64,000 nucleotides of DNA from a bacterium. Its GTDB lineage: Bacteria; SM23-31. Under the pieces are notes generated by a model. That model was not told where the DNA came from. It was given only the letters and a program-made list of their open reading frames with translations, and did not search any database. Positions 21,189 to 32,484 of this stretch are shown here, piece by piece (position 1 is the first letter of the stretch; each line of letters begins with the position of its first letter). The position numbers were made by a program, and so were the translations under genes. The DNA lies in NCBI GenBank assembly GCA_965249485.1, contig OZ252239.1, forward strand, positions 3,616,001 to 3,680,000, written 5' to 3'.

Positions 21189-21674
21189 ATGAGATTTACA
21201 TCTCAGGAAGAGTACGGTTTACGCTGTATGCTCCAATTAACGAAAAATGAGAACAGCGGTCCCCTTACGATTGATGAAATAGCAAAAAATGAAGCGCTTT
21301 CGACACATTATGTCGGGAAGCTTACGCGAATATTGCTCAAAGGCGGGCTGATAGAAAGCACGAGAGGCCAAAAAGGTGGTTATAAACTTTCACGGCCAGC
21401 AGTTCAGATTAGTGTACTGGATGTATTATATGTGCTTGATGGACCATTTTTTGACGTTGACCACTGCGGTATGAAATTCACCGGCATTGACTCTATTTGT
21501 GTAAATTCAACAGAGTGTTCGGTTAGAGCGCTCTGGAGTTCTGTGAATGATGCTGTTATTCAGATTCTCGGCAATACAATGCTCAAAGACCTGGTTGTCA
21601 GTGAAAAGACAGCATTCGAGTGGTTCAGGTACAGTGCAAAAATAAATAATCCTGATACTGTCCGATTGATATAA
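21189..21674 (+). CDS. Rrf2/IscR-family transcriptional regulator
   Basis: EYGLR, S.RG.KGGY.L, three C-terminal Cys; heads the suf operon. Confidence 0.9.
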   Translation: MRFTSQEEYGLRCMLQLTKNENSGPLTIDEIAKNEALSTHYVGKLTRILLKGGLIESTRGQKGGYKLSRPAVQISVLDVLYVLDGPFFDVDHCGMKFTGIDSICVNSTECSVRALWSSVNDAVIQILGNTMLKDLVVSEKTAFEWFRYSAKINNPDTVRLI

Positions 21675-21889
21675 AATTAATCGATCAAATCTCATTTGAT
21701 CCTATGGAAATAATCTATTGAATCCAAGTATTGATGAGAGCAAAATGTACCAATGTATACGAAATAGTAGATTATATTACAAAATTTTCGAATCTAATTA
21801 TATTTTTCTATTGTTTAGATACTGTAACTCAAAAAAAATTAAACGTGTATATATTAAATTAAAATTAATAAGTAAGAAAGGACAGAATT

Positions 21890-22348
21890 ATGCCGTATGA
21901 CCCGCAATTTGTTCAGCCGATGCGCGATGAAATGACCGTAAACGGTTTCCGGGAGCTCCTCACCGCCGAAGAGGTAGAATCCACATTATCAGCACAAGAA
22001 GGTTCCGTACTCCTTGTCGTGAACTCCGTATGCGGTTGTGCTGCAGGCCAGGCGAGGCCGGGAGTTTTTCTTTCTCTTTTAGAGAGCGAACATAAACCTG
22101 ATTCGCTTGCGACTGTATTTGCCGGACAGGACCTTGAAGCGACCGAAAAGGCACGCAGTTATATTCATGGCTATCCTCCTTCATCTCCTTCAATCGCTCT
22201 TTTTAAGAATGGTGAACTTGCATTTGTGATTGAGCGCCAACATATAGAGTCGAAGAGTGCAGAGATGATAGCTGCTTTGCTGAAAGAAGCGTTCAATGAG
22301 TTTTTAATTGGAACTGATATGCATGAGGAGAAGACAGATGTCGGTTAA
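21890..22348 (+). CDS. Bacilliredoxin BrxA/BrxB family (YphP/YqiW-like)
   Basis: [31 protein letters not shown]. Confidence 0.9.
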   Translation: MPYDPQFVQPMRDEMTVNGFRELLTAEEVESTLSAQEGSVLLVVNSVCGCAAGQARPGVFLSLLESEHKPDSLATVFAGQDLEATEKARSYIHGYPPSSPSIALFKNGELAFVIERQHIESKSAEMIAALLKEAFNEFLIGTDMHEEKTDVG

Positions 22349-23117
22349 GAATGAACCACTTTTTCGATTTGAAAATGTCTATGTGAGTGTGGAAGATAAT
22401 GAGATTGTGAAAGGCGTAGACCTTACCATTCAGGCTGGTGAAAAGCATGCTATTATGGGTCCGAATGGTTCCGGGAAGAGCAGTCTAGCAAATGCACTTA
22501 TGGGACATCCAAATTATGAAATTACCAAAGGAAATATTTATATCCGAGGAGAAGAGATTACTAATCTTGAACCTAATGAGCGTGCTCAAAGGGGACTATT
22601 TCTCGGTATGCAATATCCTGTTGCCATTCCCGGTGTAACGGTGGCAAATTTTCTGAGGACTGCTTTGAAAGCGATGCCGGATGGCACTGAACGGGTTAAA
22701 AGATTCAGAAAAGAGCTAAAGGAAAAATTCAAATTTCTCGGTATAGATGAATCATTTGCAACACGGTACATCAATGACGGATTTTCTGGCGGTGAAAAAA
22801 AACGCCTTGAAATATTACAGCTCTCTGTCCTGCAGCCGGTTGTTGCTTTACTCGATGAAACCGATTCAGGTCTCGATATCGATGCTCTTCAAATCGTCGC
22901 TGAAGGAATAAATAAATATTGTGACAACAATGTTGCGGTAATGCTCGTTACTCATTATCAGCGAATGCTCAATTTTGTCAAACCCGATTATATCCACGTT
23001 TTCATGGATGGGAAAATCGTCAAAACCGGTGGAGCTGAGTTAGCGCTCGAGCTTGAGGAAAAAGGATATGACTGGCTGGAAAAAGAGCCTGAAACCACTT
23101 CGGAGGCGTTAGTATGA
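22338..23117 (+). CDS. sufC: Fe-S cluster assembly ATPase SufC
   Basis: [35 protein letters not shown] 22338 has a GAGGAG RBS. Confidence 0.95.
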   Translation: MSVKNEPLFRFENVYVSVEDNEIVKGVDLTIQAGEKHAIMGPNGSGKSSLANALMGHPNYEITKGNIYIRGEEITNLEPNERAQRGLFLGMQYPVAIPGVTVANFLRTALKAMPDGTERVKRFRKELKEKFKFLGIDESFATRYINDGFSGGEKKRLEILQLSVLQPVVALLDETDSGLDIDALQIVAEGINKYCDNNVAVMLVTHYQRMLNFVKPDYIHVFMDGKIVKTGGAELALELEEKGYDWLEKEPETTSEALV

Positions 23118-24667
23118 GTGAGAAGTCAGTAACATTCGATCAAAAATACAAAACTGCCGAGCTTATGGATGAGGCAGATATTGCAAAAGTCAAAAAGATA
23201 GAAAATGAGATAACGCAGGACTATCAGCATGGCTGGGTCACCGATATTGAACAAGAACTAATCCCTCCCGGTCTTAATGAAGATATTGTTGCGCTGATTT
23301 CAAAAAAGAAAAATGAACCGGACTGGATGCTCGAGTGGAGGCTCGAAGCATACCGCCATTGGCTCACAATGGAGGAGCCAACGTGGGGCGATGTCACCTA
23401 TGATCCGATTGATTATCAGGCAATCTCTTACTTTGCAGCGCCAAAGAAGCTGCCAGAACTGAACAATCTTGATGAAGTCGATCCCGAGCTGCTGAAAACA
23501 TATGAGCGACTCGGTATCCCTGTCATTGAGCAGAAGAGACTTGCCGGTGTTAAAATCTCCGATGAAGACCTGAAATTTATGTCCGGAGTAGCAACTGATA
23601 TGGTTTTTGATTCCGTTTCCATTGCCACAACGTTTCAGAAAGACCTTGAACGGCTCGGTATCATTTTCTGCTCATTTAATGAGGCTGTCCACAACCATCC
23701 GGAGCTGGTAAAACAATATGTGGGATCCGTTGTACCCTATAACGACAATTATTTTGCCGCTCTCAATTCTGCAGTTTTTTCAGATGGTTCGTTCTGTTAT
23801 ATCCCTAAAGGAACAAAATGCCCAATGGATTTGTCGACATATTTCCGAATCAATGCGACCAATACGGGACAATTTGAGCGAACCCTGATCATTGCGGAAG
23901 AGGATAGTTTTGTCAGTTATCTCGAAGGCTGTTCGGCACCGATGCGTGACGAAAATCAGCTTCATGCCGCAGTTGTCGAGCTCGTTGCTCACAACAATGC
24001 GGAGATTAAGTATTCAACTATCCAGAACTGGTATCCCGGTAACAAGGAAGGAATAGGCGGGATTTATAATTTTGTGACAAAGCGTGGTTATTGTAAAGGA
24101 AAAAATTCGAAAATTTCCTGGACACAGGTTGAGACCGGTTCTTCAATTACTTGGAAATACCCTGGTTGTATCCTTGAAGGTGATAACTCCATTGGCGAAT
24201 TCTATTCAGTGGCTGTGGCAAATAACTATCAGCAGGCCGATACCGGCACAAAAATGATCCACATCGGCAAAAACACTACAAGCAGAATTGTTTCGAAAGG
24301 TATTTCCGCGGGACACGGTAAAAATACGTATCGCGGTATGGTTCGGATTATGCCCAACGCAGAAAATGCAAAGAATTTTTCACAGTGTGATTCGATGATG
24401 ATCGGCAGTGAATGTGTCGCGAATACCTTCCCCACTATCGATGTCAGAAATTCGACATCGACTATGGAGCATGAAGCGTATACCGGAAAAGTTGGAGAAG
24501 AACAGCTTTTCTACCTCATGTCGCGTGGTATCCCCGAAGAAGAAGCGGTTGCCTTAATTGTAACCGGGTTTTGTGTGGATATCATTAAAAAGCTCCCGCT
24601 TGAATTCAGCGTTGAAGCGGTCAGATTGATTGAGGCATGTGCCGCATTTCCGGACACACTTGGATAA
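23114..24667 (+). CDS. sufB: Fe-S cluster assembly scaffold SufB
   Basis: [48 protein letters not shown]. Confidence 0.96.
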   Translation: MSEKSVTFDQKYKTAELMDEADIAKVKKIENEITQDYQHGWVTDIEQELIPPGLNEDIVALISKKKNEPDWMLEWRLEAYRHWLTMEEPTWGDVTYDPIDYQAISYFAAPKKLPELNNLDEVDPELLKTYERLGIPVIEQKRLAGVKISDEDLKFMSGVATDMVFDSVSIATTFQKDLERLGIIFCSFNEAVHNHPELVKQYVGSVVPYNDNYFAALNSAVFSDGSFCYIPKGTKCPMDLSTYFRINATNTGQFERTLIIAEEDSFVSYLEGCSAPMRDENQLHAAVVELVAHNNAEIKYSTIQNWYPGNKEGIGGIYNFVTKRGYCKGKNSKISWTQVETGSSITWKYPGCILEGDNSIGEFYSVAVANNYQQADTGTKMIHIGKNTTSRIVSKGISAGHGKNTYRGMVRIMPNAENAKNFSQCDSMMIGSECVANTFPTIDVRNSTSTMEHEAYTGKVGEEQLFYLMSRGIPEEEAVALIVTGFCVDIIKKLPLEFSVEAVRLIEACAAFPDTLG

Positions 24668-24722
24668 TGAAGACATTAGATATCAGGAAGAATGACTTTT
24701 TTCAGCTTAATAAGGAGCATGA

Positions 24723-26030
24723 ATGTGCAGTAATAATCAAGGACATAAAGAACCGGCTGTGTTGAGTACACAGCAGCCAGACTGGCTGAAATCAATACGG
24801 AAAGAAGCATGGGATAGATACAATGATATGCCGATGCCCGACAGAGTACCGCATCTGTGGCGGTACACCGATCCGGCTCTCTTTGAATATTCCGGAAAGG
24901 AATTCAAAAAAAACGGCTCTACTTCCACTGCTATTCCGGAGATAATGCAAAAACAACTTGTTGATAATGCAGTAAGCGGTGTTGTGTTGAATAATGAAGG
25001 AAACGGAATTAGTGTACAACTCACTCCGGAGCTCATAAAAGCAGGTGTCACAGCGGGTGATTTGAATTTGTTCGTCAAGGACAACTCAGAACTTGCAGAA
25101 CCTCGTTTGAGCCATCTTGTAGGACCTGATTTTGGAAAATATGAAGCGCTCAATACTGCCGCATGGGATAATGGGATTTATATCTATGTACCGAAGAATG
25201 TTATCCTTGATAAACCGATTCACTTGAATACGGTAATGCCGTCAGACGGAAATTTTGTTTCAAGACTATTCGTCATAATTGATGATGGTGCAAGTGCCGC
25301 TATCATTGACGAATATACCGGTGGCCCAACTGCCCCAAACGGGATTTACAGCAATGTTGCGGCAGAAACTTTTACCGGAACAAATGCCCAGTTGCAATAT
25401 ATTACTGTGCAGAATTTGAATGCTGGGTCTCATATGTACTATACGCACCGTTCGCGCAACGAACGGGATGCTCATACATTTACCGGTATTGCGGCTTTCG
25501 GCGGGCACACCACAAAGGCTAATTACGGTACAATACTTGGCGGAAGAGGCAGTGAAAATCAGCTTGAAGGATTTCTGCTCGGTGAGAAGCGCCAGCATTT
25601 TGATCATCACACTGTCCATGTCCACAAGGCAGCGAACACATTAAGTAATCTGAATTTTAAAGTCGTACTAAAAGACCGTTCACGTTCAGCTTACACTGGT
25701 AAGATTACAATTGATCACGAAGCACCGTACAGTGAAGCGTATCAGGAAAACAGAAACCTTTTACTTTCGCCCAAGTGCCGTGTTGAATCGATACCTGAGC
25801 TGGAAATTAATCAAGATGAAGTGCGCTGCTCTCACGGTGCAGCAATGGGTCCTCCTGACAGCGATCAGTTGTTCTATTTGAGAAGCCGGGGAATTCCTGA
25901 ACATGAAGCCATTCAACTGATTGTCGAAGGTTTTATGGATGATGCTTTACGACGTGTTCCGGAAATTTTGCGTGGCCACCTTGCGGACTTCATAAATAAC
26001 AGACTTATGGGAGGCTGGACATTTGAGTGA
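24723..26030 (+). CDS. sufD: Fe-S cluster assembly protein SufD
   Basis: WRYTD, QENRNLLLS, PELEI...V.CSHGA, LFYL.SRGI. Confidence 0.92.
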   Translation: MCSNNQGHKEPAVLSTQQPDWLKSIRKEAWDRYNDMPMPDRVPHLWRYTDPALFEYSGKEFKKNGSTSTAIPEIMQKQLVDNAVSGVVLNNEGNGISVQLTPELIKAGVTAGDLNLFVKDNSELAEPRLSHLVGPDFGKYEALNTAAWDNGIYIYVPKNVILDKPIHLNTVMPSDGNFVSRLFVIIDDGASAAIIDEYTGGPTAPNGIYSNVAAETFTGTNAQLQYITVQNLNAGSHMYYTHRSRNERDAHTFTGIAAFGGHTTKANYGTILGGRGSENQLEGFLLGEKRQHFDHHTVHVHKAANTLSNLNFKVVLKDRSRSAYTGKITIDHEAPYSEAYQENRNLLLSPKCRVESIPELEINQDEVRCSHGAAMGPPDSDQLFYLRSRGIPEHEAIQLIVEGFMDDALRRVPEILRGHLADFINNRLMGGWTFE

Positions 26031-26343
26031 CACAATCGTAAAAGTAGCAAATACTACTGATATTAACGATGGTGAAGCCCGGGTATTTAGAATTGAAGAA
26101 ATAGATGTCGCGGTCTGTAATGTCAGCGGCTCCTTTTATGCTATTGAAAACGTGTGCACACACGATAACGGTCCACTCGGTGAAGGCAAACTTATAGGGT
26201 GTGAAATTGAGTGTCCGAGACATGGTGCCCGGTTCGATGTTACGAATGGTGCTGTTACCCGGCAACCCGCATACGGCCCGGTTCCGACGTTTCCGGTGAC
26301 AATAGACAACGAAGAAATTTATATCGATATCAGCGATTATTAA
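26023..26343 (+). CDS. Rieske-type [2Fe-2S] ferredoxin
   Basis: CTH...CPRHGARFD. Confidence 0.92.
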   Translation: MSDTIVKVANTTDINDGEARVFRIEEIDVAVCNVSGSFYAIENVCTHDNGPLGEGKLIGCEIECPRHGARFDVTNGAVTRQPAYGPVPTFPVTIDNEEIYIDISDY

Positions 26344-26355
26344 ACAGGAAAAATT

Positions 26356-27666
26356 ATGACTATTCCCGCATATCCCAATACAATTTTCGGCACCGAAACC
26401 GCGGTATCTAAACCGGTCACCAAGAACGCCGCTGTTCTCGATGTCGAAGCAATCCGGAAAGACTTTCCCATTCTGAGCAGGACAATCAAAGGAAATTTAA
26501 TTGTCTATCTTGACAGTGCCGCCACAACACAAAAGCCGGCATCGGTTATTAATGCATTGTCTTTTTTTTACCGGACGTCAAACGCAAATATTCACCGGGG
26601 TGTCCACACACTTTCCGAGGAATCGTCATCTGCGTATGAAGCACTCAGATTAAAAACAGCAAAGTTTATCGGCGGTGTTGATGAACGGGGCATCGTATTC
26701 ACAAAAAACACAACCGATTCACTCAATCTTATCGCCCAATCGTGGGGAAAAGCGAATATCAAAAAAGGCGATGAAATCATTTTAACAGAGATGGAACACC
26801 ACAGCAATATTGTTCCCTGGATACTGCTTGCCCGTGAAACCGGAGCAGTCCTGAAATATATTGAGGTGGATGGTGACGGCTATCTTGACATGGACAGTTA
26901 CTATAAAATTTTATCAAACAAGACAAAGCTGGTGTCAGTCACCATTATTTCCAATGTTCTTGGGACAATCAATCCTGTTGCGGAAATAATTGAAGCTGCA
27001 CACAAGTTCGGCGCTGTGACTGTTCTGGACGGTGCGCAGGGTGTCCCCCACATGAAAATCGATACCTTAGCATTGGACTGTGATTTTCTCGCATTCTCCG
27101 CCCATAAGATGCTCGGACCGACAGGAATCGGAGTTCTTTCTGCAAAGCCGGAAATCCTTGAAAAAATGGAACCAACTGTTGGAGGCGGCGGGATGATAGA
27201 AGAAGTGACGCTCCAAACTGCAACCTGGGCGGATATTCCATGGAGGTTCGAAGCCGGCACTCCAAATTACGCAGATGTCATTGCATTTTCCGCTGCAATT
27301 GATTACCTTGAAAATATCGGTCTCGATGCCGTTCAGAAACACGAAGAAGCATTGACCGAATATGCGCTTGAACAGTTGGAAACGATACCAAAACTGCGGT
27401 TATTTGGTCCCAGAAATGTGAAAGACAGAGCGGGTGTTGTTACATTTTATGATGAATTAATCCATCCCCATGATCTTAGTACTATTCTCGATTCATATGG
27501 TATTGCGATCAGAGCGGGTCATCACTGTGCTCAACCCCTTATGAATAAATACAACGTTCCTGCAACTGCCCGGGCAAGTTTTTATATTTACAACGATAAA
27601 GAAGATGTGGATGCACTGATAACCGGACTGAGAAAAGCGCGGGAGTTTTTTAAATATGAGCATTGA
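26356..27666 (+). CDS. sufS: Cysteine desulfurase SufS
   Basis: YLDSAAT, EHHSN, SAHKMLGP, EAGTP, RAGHHCA. Confidence 0.95.
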   Translation: MTIPAYPNTIFGTETAVSKPVTKNAAVLDVEAIRKDFPILSRTIKGNLIVYLDSAATTQKPASVINALSFFYRTSNANIHRGVHTLSEESSSAYEALRLKTAKFIGGVDERGIVFTKNTTDSLNLIAQSWGKANIKKGDEIILTEMEHHSNIVPWILLARETGAVLKYIEVDGDGYLDMDSYYKILSNKTKLVSVTIISNVLGTINPVAEIIEAAHKFGAVTVLDGAQGVPHMKIDTLALDCDFLAFSAHKMLGPTGIGVLSAKPEILEKMEPTVGGGGMIEEVTLQTATWADIPWRFEAGTPNYADVIAFSAAIDYLENIGLDAVQKHEEALTEYALEQLETIPKLRLFGPRNVKDRAGVVTFYDELIHPHDLSTILDSYGIAIRAGHHCAQPLMNKYNVPATARASFYIYNDKEDVDALITGLRKAREFFKYEH

Positions 27667-28126
27667 CGGACTTGATGAATTGTATCAGGATACAATTCTT
27701 GACCACTATAAAAATCCGAGGGGTAATCACACTGTCGACAGGATCGATTCGGAGAAAAATGGGTACAACCCGGTCTGCGGTGACAAAGTCCGTATACAAG
27801 TACATTTCAATAATAACAGTATAGAAGATATATCGGTCGAATCGTGCGGCTGTGCGATTAGCGTCGCATCAGGATCGATGTTGGCTGAGCTTCTGCCTGG
27901 AAAAAATCTAGAAGAAGTCCAGAAAATAGCCGAATCATTCCAGGATATGATGCGCGGCAAGAAGATTCCTGAGGACATTGATTTCGGCGACCTTGATGTC
28001 CTTGAAGGTGTTTCAAAATACCACTCACGTGTGAAATGCGCACTTTTAGCTTGGGTTACACTTCACGACTTGATCAAGTCGTGGCAGTTACAAAATATTT
28101 CATCCATACACTCTACCACAGAATGA
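27656..28126 (+). CDS. sufU: SUF system NifU-like sulfur transfer protein
   Basis: LYQDTILDH, NPVCGD, GCAIS, RVKCA. Confidence 0.92.
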   Translation: MSIDGLDELYQDTILDHYKNPRGNHTVDRIDSEKNGYNPVCGDKVRIQVHFNNNSIEDISVESCGCAISVASGSMLAELLPGKNLEEVQKIAESFQDMMRGKKIPEDIDFGDLDVLEGVSKYHSRVKCALLAWVTLHDLIKSWQLQNISSIHSTTE

Positions 28127-28141
28127 AGAAAGTGGCAGAAA

Positions 28142-28453
28142 ATGCTTATAAATGAAGATATAGTTTTTGAAGCTTTAAAAGTCGTCGTCGATCCTGAAAT
28201 CGGCCTTGGTATCGTTGAACTCGGTCTCGTCTATGGAGCCGATATCGAAGATGATGGGAAAAAGGTATCCGTAAGAATGACATTGACATCACCGATGTGT
28301 CCGTACGGCCCAATGATTATTCAGCATGTTGATGAGACAATTAAAATACTCCCCGGAGTAGAAGAAACCGACGTACAGGTTATCTGGGAACCGCAGTGGG
28401 ATCCTCGCACAATGGCCTCCGACGAGGTAAAGGACAAGCTGGGAATCTGGTAA
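28142..28453 (+). CDS. DUF59/SufT-like Fe-S maturation protein
   Basis: DPEIG..IVELGLVY, MTLTSPMCP, WEPQW. Confidence 0.9.
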   Translation: MLINEDIVFEALKVVVDPEIGLGIVELGLVYGADIEDDGKKVSVRMTLTSPMCPYGPMIIQHVDETIKILPGVEETDVQVIWEPQWDPRTMASDEVKDKLGIW

Positions 28454-28555
28454 ATTCACATATTCACTATTTTATATAGATCGATGTAACCAGGATGGTC
28501 TCATTGTACTATGAGGCTGCGACTATTAATATTTATTTTACTATGGGGTTAACTC

Positions 28556-29626
28556 GTGAATCAAGAAACTATACTTGATGCTCTTCGGATCGTCCAGGAT
28601 CCTGACTTGCGTACCGATATTGTGACACTCGGCTTTGTCAAAGACATTACTATAAACGAGGGTCATGTCTCTTTCTCTATCGAATTGACTACACCCGCAT
28701 GTCCGGTCAAAGACCAGCTCAAGAGTGAAGCATATAATGCAGTTTCGGCACTTCCCGGTGTTGAAAAAGTCGATATCAATATGACATCGAATGTCCGGGG
28801 GACGCCGCAAGCTCCAAATCAGCAAATTCTTACCGGTGTAAAAAACATAATCCCGATTGCCAGTGGCAAGGGTGGTGTCGGAAAATCGACCGTAAGCGCT
28901 AATATAGCAGCAGCGCTCAGCGTATCCGGATCTAAAGTTGGTCTGCTCGATGCGGACATTTATGGACCTAGTATTCCACAGCTTATGGGAGTTACTGAGC
29001 AGCCGCAAGTAACCGACAACATGATCTTGCCGCTTGAAAGTCACGGTATTAAGGTCATGTCGATGGGATTTTTCACTCAGTCTGACCAAGCGGTTGTATG
29101 GCGCGGCCCAATGCTCGCAAAAATGATGGAACAGTTTCTCACTAATGTCGAATGGGGAGAACTCGATTATCTCATAATAGACTTACCCCCGGGAACAGGT
29201 GATATTCAGCTGAGTCTGTGTCAGATGATCCCGCTAACCGGTTCTGCCATTGTATCGACTCCGCAAGATGTTGCTCTGAATGTTGCCCGGAAGGCGATTC
29301 TCATGTTTAACCAGCTCAATACTCCGGTGCTCGGTATTATCGAAAACATGAGTTCGTTCATCTGTTCTCACTGCGCAACAGAAGAAAAAATCTTCGGTGA
29401 AGGCGGCGGCGAAAAGGCCAGTAATGAGTTCGGCGTTCCGTTTCTTGGCAAGATCCCGTTGACAACCGATATTCGTACAACATCAGACCAGGGAAAACCA
29501 ATTGTGCTTAACAATCCTGATTCTATTGAAGCGAAAACCTTTGTATCAGTAGCGAAAAACCTTGCTGCTCAGGTGAGTATCCGCAATCTTGCTGAAAAAG
29601 ACCAAGAAGTCAAAGTTACCTTTTAG
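28556..29626 (+). CDS. apbC: Mrp/ApbC/NBP35 Fe-S carrier ATPase
   Basis: N-terminal DUF59 (LTTPACP), SGKGGVGKST, DADIYGPS, WRGP, DLPPGTGD, ENMS...CxxC. Confidence 0.92.
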   Translation: MNQETILDALRIVQDPDLRTDIVTLGFVKDITINEGHVSFSIELTTPACPVKDQLKSEAYNAVSALPGVEKVDINMTSNVRGTPQAPNQQILTGVKNIIPIASGKGGVGKSTVSANIAAALSVSGSKVGLLDADIYGPSIPQLMGVTEQPQVTDNMILPLESHGIKVMSMGFFTQSDQAVVWRGPMLAKMMEQFLTNVEWGELDYLIIDLPPGTGDIQLSLCQMIPLTGSAIVSTPQDVALNVARKAILMFNQLNTPVLGIIENMSSFICSHCATEEKIFGEGGGEKASNEFGVPFLGKIPLTTDIRTTSDQGKPIVLNNPDSIEAKTFVSVAKNLAAQVSIRNLAEKDQEVKVTF

Positions 29627-29637
29627 ATATAAGATCT

Positions 29638-29943
29638 ATGAAAACGACCTCTCCTTCTCTCACTCCCGATGAGATCGGCCGTGCGAATGAGTGGGATGTG
29701 AAAATCAGATGGAAAGACAGCCACGAAAGTATTTATATTGCCCGTGAGCTCAGGCTCGCCTGCCCGTGTGCGGGTTGTGTTGAAGAGATGACCGGTAGGC
29801 CTCTTATCAGACCTGAACTCATTCCAAATGACGTCCAACCGCTCAAAATCAGCCTTGTTGGAAGGTATGCAATTAAGATAAACTGGAGTGACGGCCACGA
29901 CACCGGTTTCTATACCTTCGAGTATCTCCGCAAAATGGGATAA
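29638..29943 (+). CDS. DUF971 (GBBH-like N-terminal) metal-binding protein
   Basis: LRLACPCAGC, VGRYA...WSDGH.TG.Y. Confidence 0.85.
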   Translation: MKTTSPSLTPDEIGRANEWDVKIRWKDSHESIYIARELRLACPCAGCVEEMTGRPLIRPELIPNDVQPLKISLVGRYAIKINWSDGHDTGFYTFEYLRKMG

Positions 29944-30127
29944 AGAATATCCTATATCAAATTATTTATCTTTTTAAAATTTACAGTTATTTATATTGTG
30001 TTATAAGTTATAGTTGTCTCAGTTAAACTTTACAATTGAGAAATGCTTATATTCGTTCCTCTCTTATTTAATCATTGACCTTCCTGATTCTTCCTTCTAC
30101 AACAACATCTTTTTATATTATAAGGTG

Positions 30128-30583
30128 TTAATATTTGAACTTCTTCGGAAGTAAGGCATCTACAGACCACGTCCCACCTCCGGCAATGGACAGATAGATG
30201 GAACCAAGAAGCATTGCGAAATCGGTTCGGGCGTCATGTGCAAATTGCCAAAAACCGCTTTCGAAAAGTATAGATATTTTAGTAGAAACGATAGCGATTA
30301 GCATGATTATTATTAATGGTACAGAGGCTTTTCTGGTATACAAACCAATCAGGATCAATACACCACATAGTATTTCAAATGAACCGACGAACGGACCTGT
30401 AAATTCCGGATATGGAATACCGATCTTGATGAAACGTCCTACTCCCCGTATCTCAGAATAGAGAAATTTCTGAATCCCTTCCGACAGAAAAACTGATCCC
30501 ACCATAAGACGGATTAATATTCCGGATGATAGTATTATTTCTTCCCAATTTTTCTTATCCGTTATCATAATATGACCATCCAA
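30128..30583 (-). CDS. DoxX family membrane protein
   Basis: LIRL.VG.VF.SEG.QKF, GLYTR, GGG.WSVD. Confidence 0.88.
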   Translation of the reverse strand: MDGHIMITDKKNWEEIILSSGILIRLMVGSVFLSEGIQKFLYSEIRGVGRFIKIGIPYPEFTGPFVGSFEILCGVLILIGLYTRKASVPLIIIMLIAIVSTKISILFESGFWQFAHDARTDFAMLLGSIYLSIAGGGTWSVDALLPKKFKY

Positions 30584-30684
30584 TTTAATAAAATTTCAGT
30601 ACTCTTACAATTTTACGGATTGTAATATTTTCGCTTATGATCAAGATTCTTTTGTGATAAACAAGGAGATGTTATTAAAATTTT

Positions 30685-31773
30685 CTATAAACTTCCCAAA
30701 TGCACTGCCATCCTTTTACTGCTCCAGTCCTCTTTACCATGAGGACTGAAATGGCCGGCTATTTCCTCATCGCATGAAGCACAACGGTTGTTTGTGAGGT
30801 TGTAGGCACCGAGTTCATACCAGTCACGTTCTATCAACAGATTGCTACAAATCGGACAGTAGGTGCTGCTCCCCGCTTTATCATGAACGTTCCCGGTGTA
30901 TACATACCGGATACCTTTCGAAATTGCTATATCACGTGCCCTTGTTAATGTTTCCGGCGGTGTCGGTGGACGGTCTCGCAACTTAAAATCGGGATGGAAT
31001 GCGGTAAAATGAAGCGGAACATCAATACCAAGCGTCCCGGAAACCCACTCGGCGAGTTCATTTAATTCAGCATCGCTGTCGTTTGCACCGGGTATGAGAA
31101 GTGTTGTAATTTCAAACCATACATCGGTCTCATGTTTCAAGTATTTAAGAGTCTCGAGAATTGGCTCGAATTCTGCAAGACAGAGTTTTTTGTAAAATTC
31201 ACTCGTGAATGCCTTTAAGTCAACATTCGCGGCATCCATGTTATCAAAAAATTCAGACCGCGCTTCTTCTGTAATATATCCAGCTGTCACAGCAACGGTT
31301 TTAATTCCGAGTTCTCTGCATGCCTGTGCGATATCGATGGCGTATTCGGCAAATATCACCGGATCATTATAAGTGAATGCAACAGATTTACATCCAAGGC
31401 GCTGTGCTGATTGTGCAATTTTTTCCGGAGAAGCACTATCGGCAAGAGTATCGATTTCTTTCGATTTGCTAATATCCCAGTTCTGGCAAAACTTGCAGCC
31501 AAGGTTACAACCCGCTGTGCCGAATGATAGTATACTTGATCCGGGGTAAAAATGGTTGAGCGGTTTTTTTTCGACCGGATCGACACAGAATCCGCTGCTT
31601 CTTCCATATGTTGTTAGAACCATGTTATCATTGTGGTTCATCCGAACGAAACAAAAGCCGCGCTGCCCATTGTGAATTCTGCAATAACGGGGACAGAGGT
31701 CACATTGTATGCGTCCGTCGTCGAGACGGTGCCAGTATCGGCCGGGAAAATAGGTTGATTCGAGTGTAGACAT
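30685..31773 (-). CDS. AmmeMemoRadiSam-system radical SAM enzyme
   Basis: N-terminal C.LCP..C...G.C, DPVEKKPLNHF.PG, CxxxCxxC (CNLGCKFC), TYNDP, C-terminal CP.C...C..C. Confidence 0.9.
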   Translation of the reverse strand: MSTLESTYFPGRYWHRLDDGRIQCDLCPRYCRIHNGQRGFCFVRMNHNDNMVLTTYGRSSGFCVDPVEKKPLNHFYPGSSILSFGTAGCNLGCKFCQNWDISKSKEIDTLADSASPEKIAQSAQRLGCKSVAFTYNDPVIFAEYAIDIAQACRELGIKTVAVTAGYITEEARSEFFDNMDAANVDLKAFTSEFYKKLCLAEFEPILETLKYLKHETDVWFEITTLLIPGANDSDAELNELAEWVSGTLGIDVPLHFTAFHPDFKLRDRPPTPPETLTRARDIAISKGIRYVYTGNVHDKAGSSTYCPICSNLLIERDWYELGAYNLTNNRCASCDEEIAGHFSPHGKEDWSSKRMAVHLGSL

Positions 31774-31992
31774 AGTAGGATAATATATAAATAATTAAGA
31801 ATTTTCGTGCATTCAATAAAAAAATTTCTTATATATAGTACTGACCATCGGTATGGATTGTTTCTTTAAGCACGTTTGACGTTTATGGGCTTCTAGAAAA
31901 GTAACCGAATGTGGTTATAAAGTCAAGAAAGCATATATTATAATATCTTGAGATTTCAATCGCTTTACTGAAATAAATGACAGGAACATCGT

Positions 31993-32322
31993 ATGAACTT
32001 TTTCACCGAAAGTTGTAAAGAATGCAAAGCAGAAGAAAACGTACAGATGTGTCAATTCTGCCATAAGATGATCTGCTCAACGTGTTTGGAACGGCTTACA
32101 TACCGGCAAGACACTCCACAATGGTTTATAGGCAAAAAAGTAAAAGATTTTACAGAGTTTCGAAACTTATACCACGAATACTGCAAAATTATTAAGAAAA
32201 AGGGCGGTAATATTCACTGCTGCGATAATTTTTTACAGGAAACTTGGACAGTCATTTCAAAACAGGTGAAACAGCTTGTACATGACCGAGACCAGAAAGC
32301 AAGCTCCATTATTCTTAAATAA
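31993..32322 (+). CDS. Small Cys-rich hypothetical protein (putative Zn finger)
   Basis: CxxC-x7-CxxC-x4-CxxC and a later HCC; RBS-like CAGGA upstream. Confidence 0.6.
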   Translation: MNFFTESCKECKAEENVQMCQFCHKMICSTCLERLTYRQDTPQWFIGKKVKDFTEFRNLYHEYCKIIKKKGGNIHCCDNFLQETWTVISKQVKQLVHDRDQKASSIILK

Positions 32323-32484
32323 CTTTATAGAGTGTTAGTATTCATACTCTGTTTATCCTGCTCTATTTTGTATCATTTCCAATACATTACCATTTGATTT
32401 TCCTGCGTAGATTAACCTTGAAATTAATTACCTAATTTCGTAACGTAATCGGTTGTAATTCTTGTCACGAAATATAATTAAAAT

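Noticed and set aside
23114..24667. Intein in SufB
   Set aside because: The length is near normal, the insertion is only about 13 aa, and there are no splicing or LAGLIDADG motifs.
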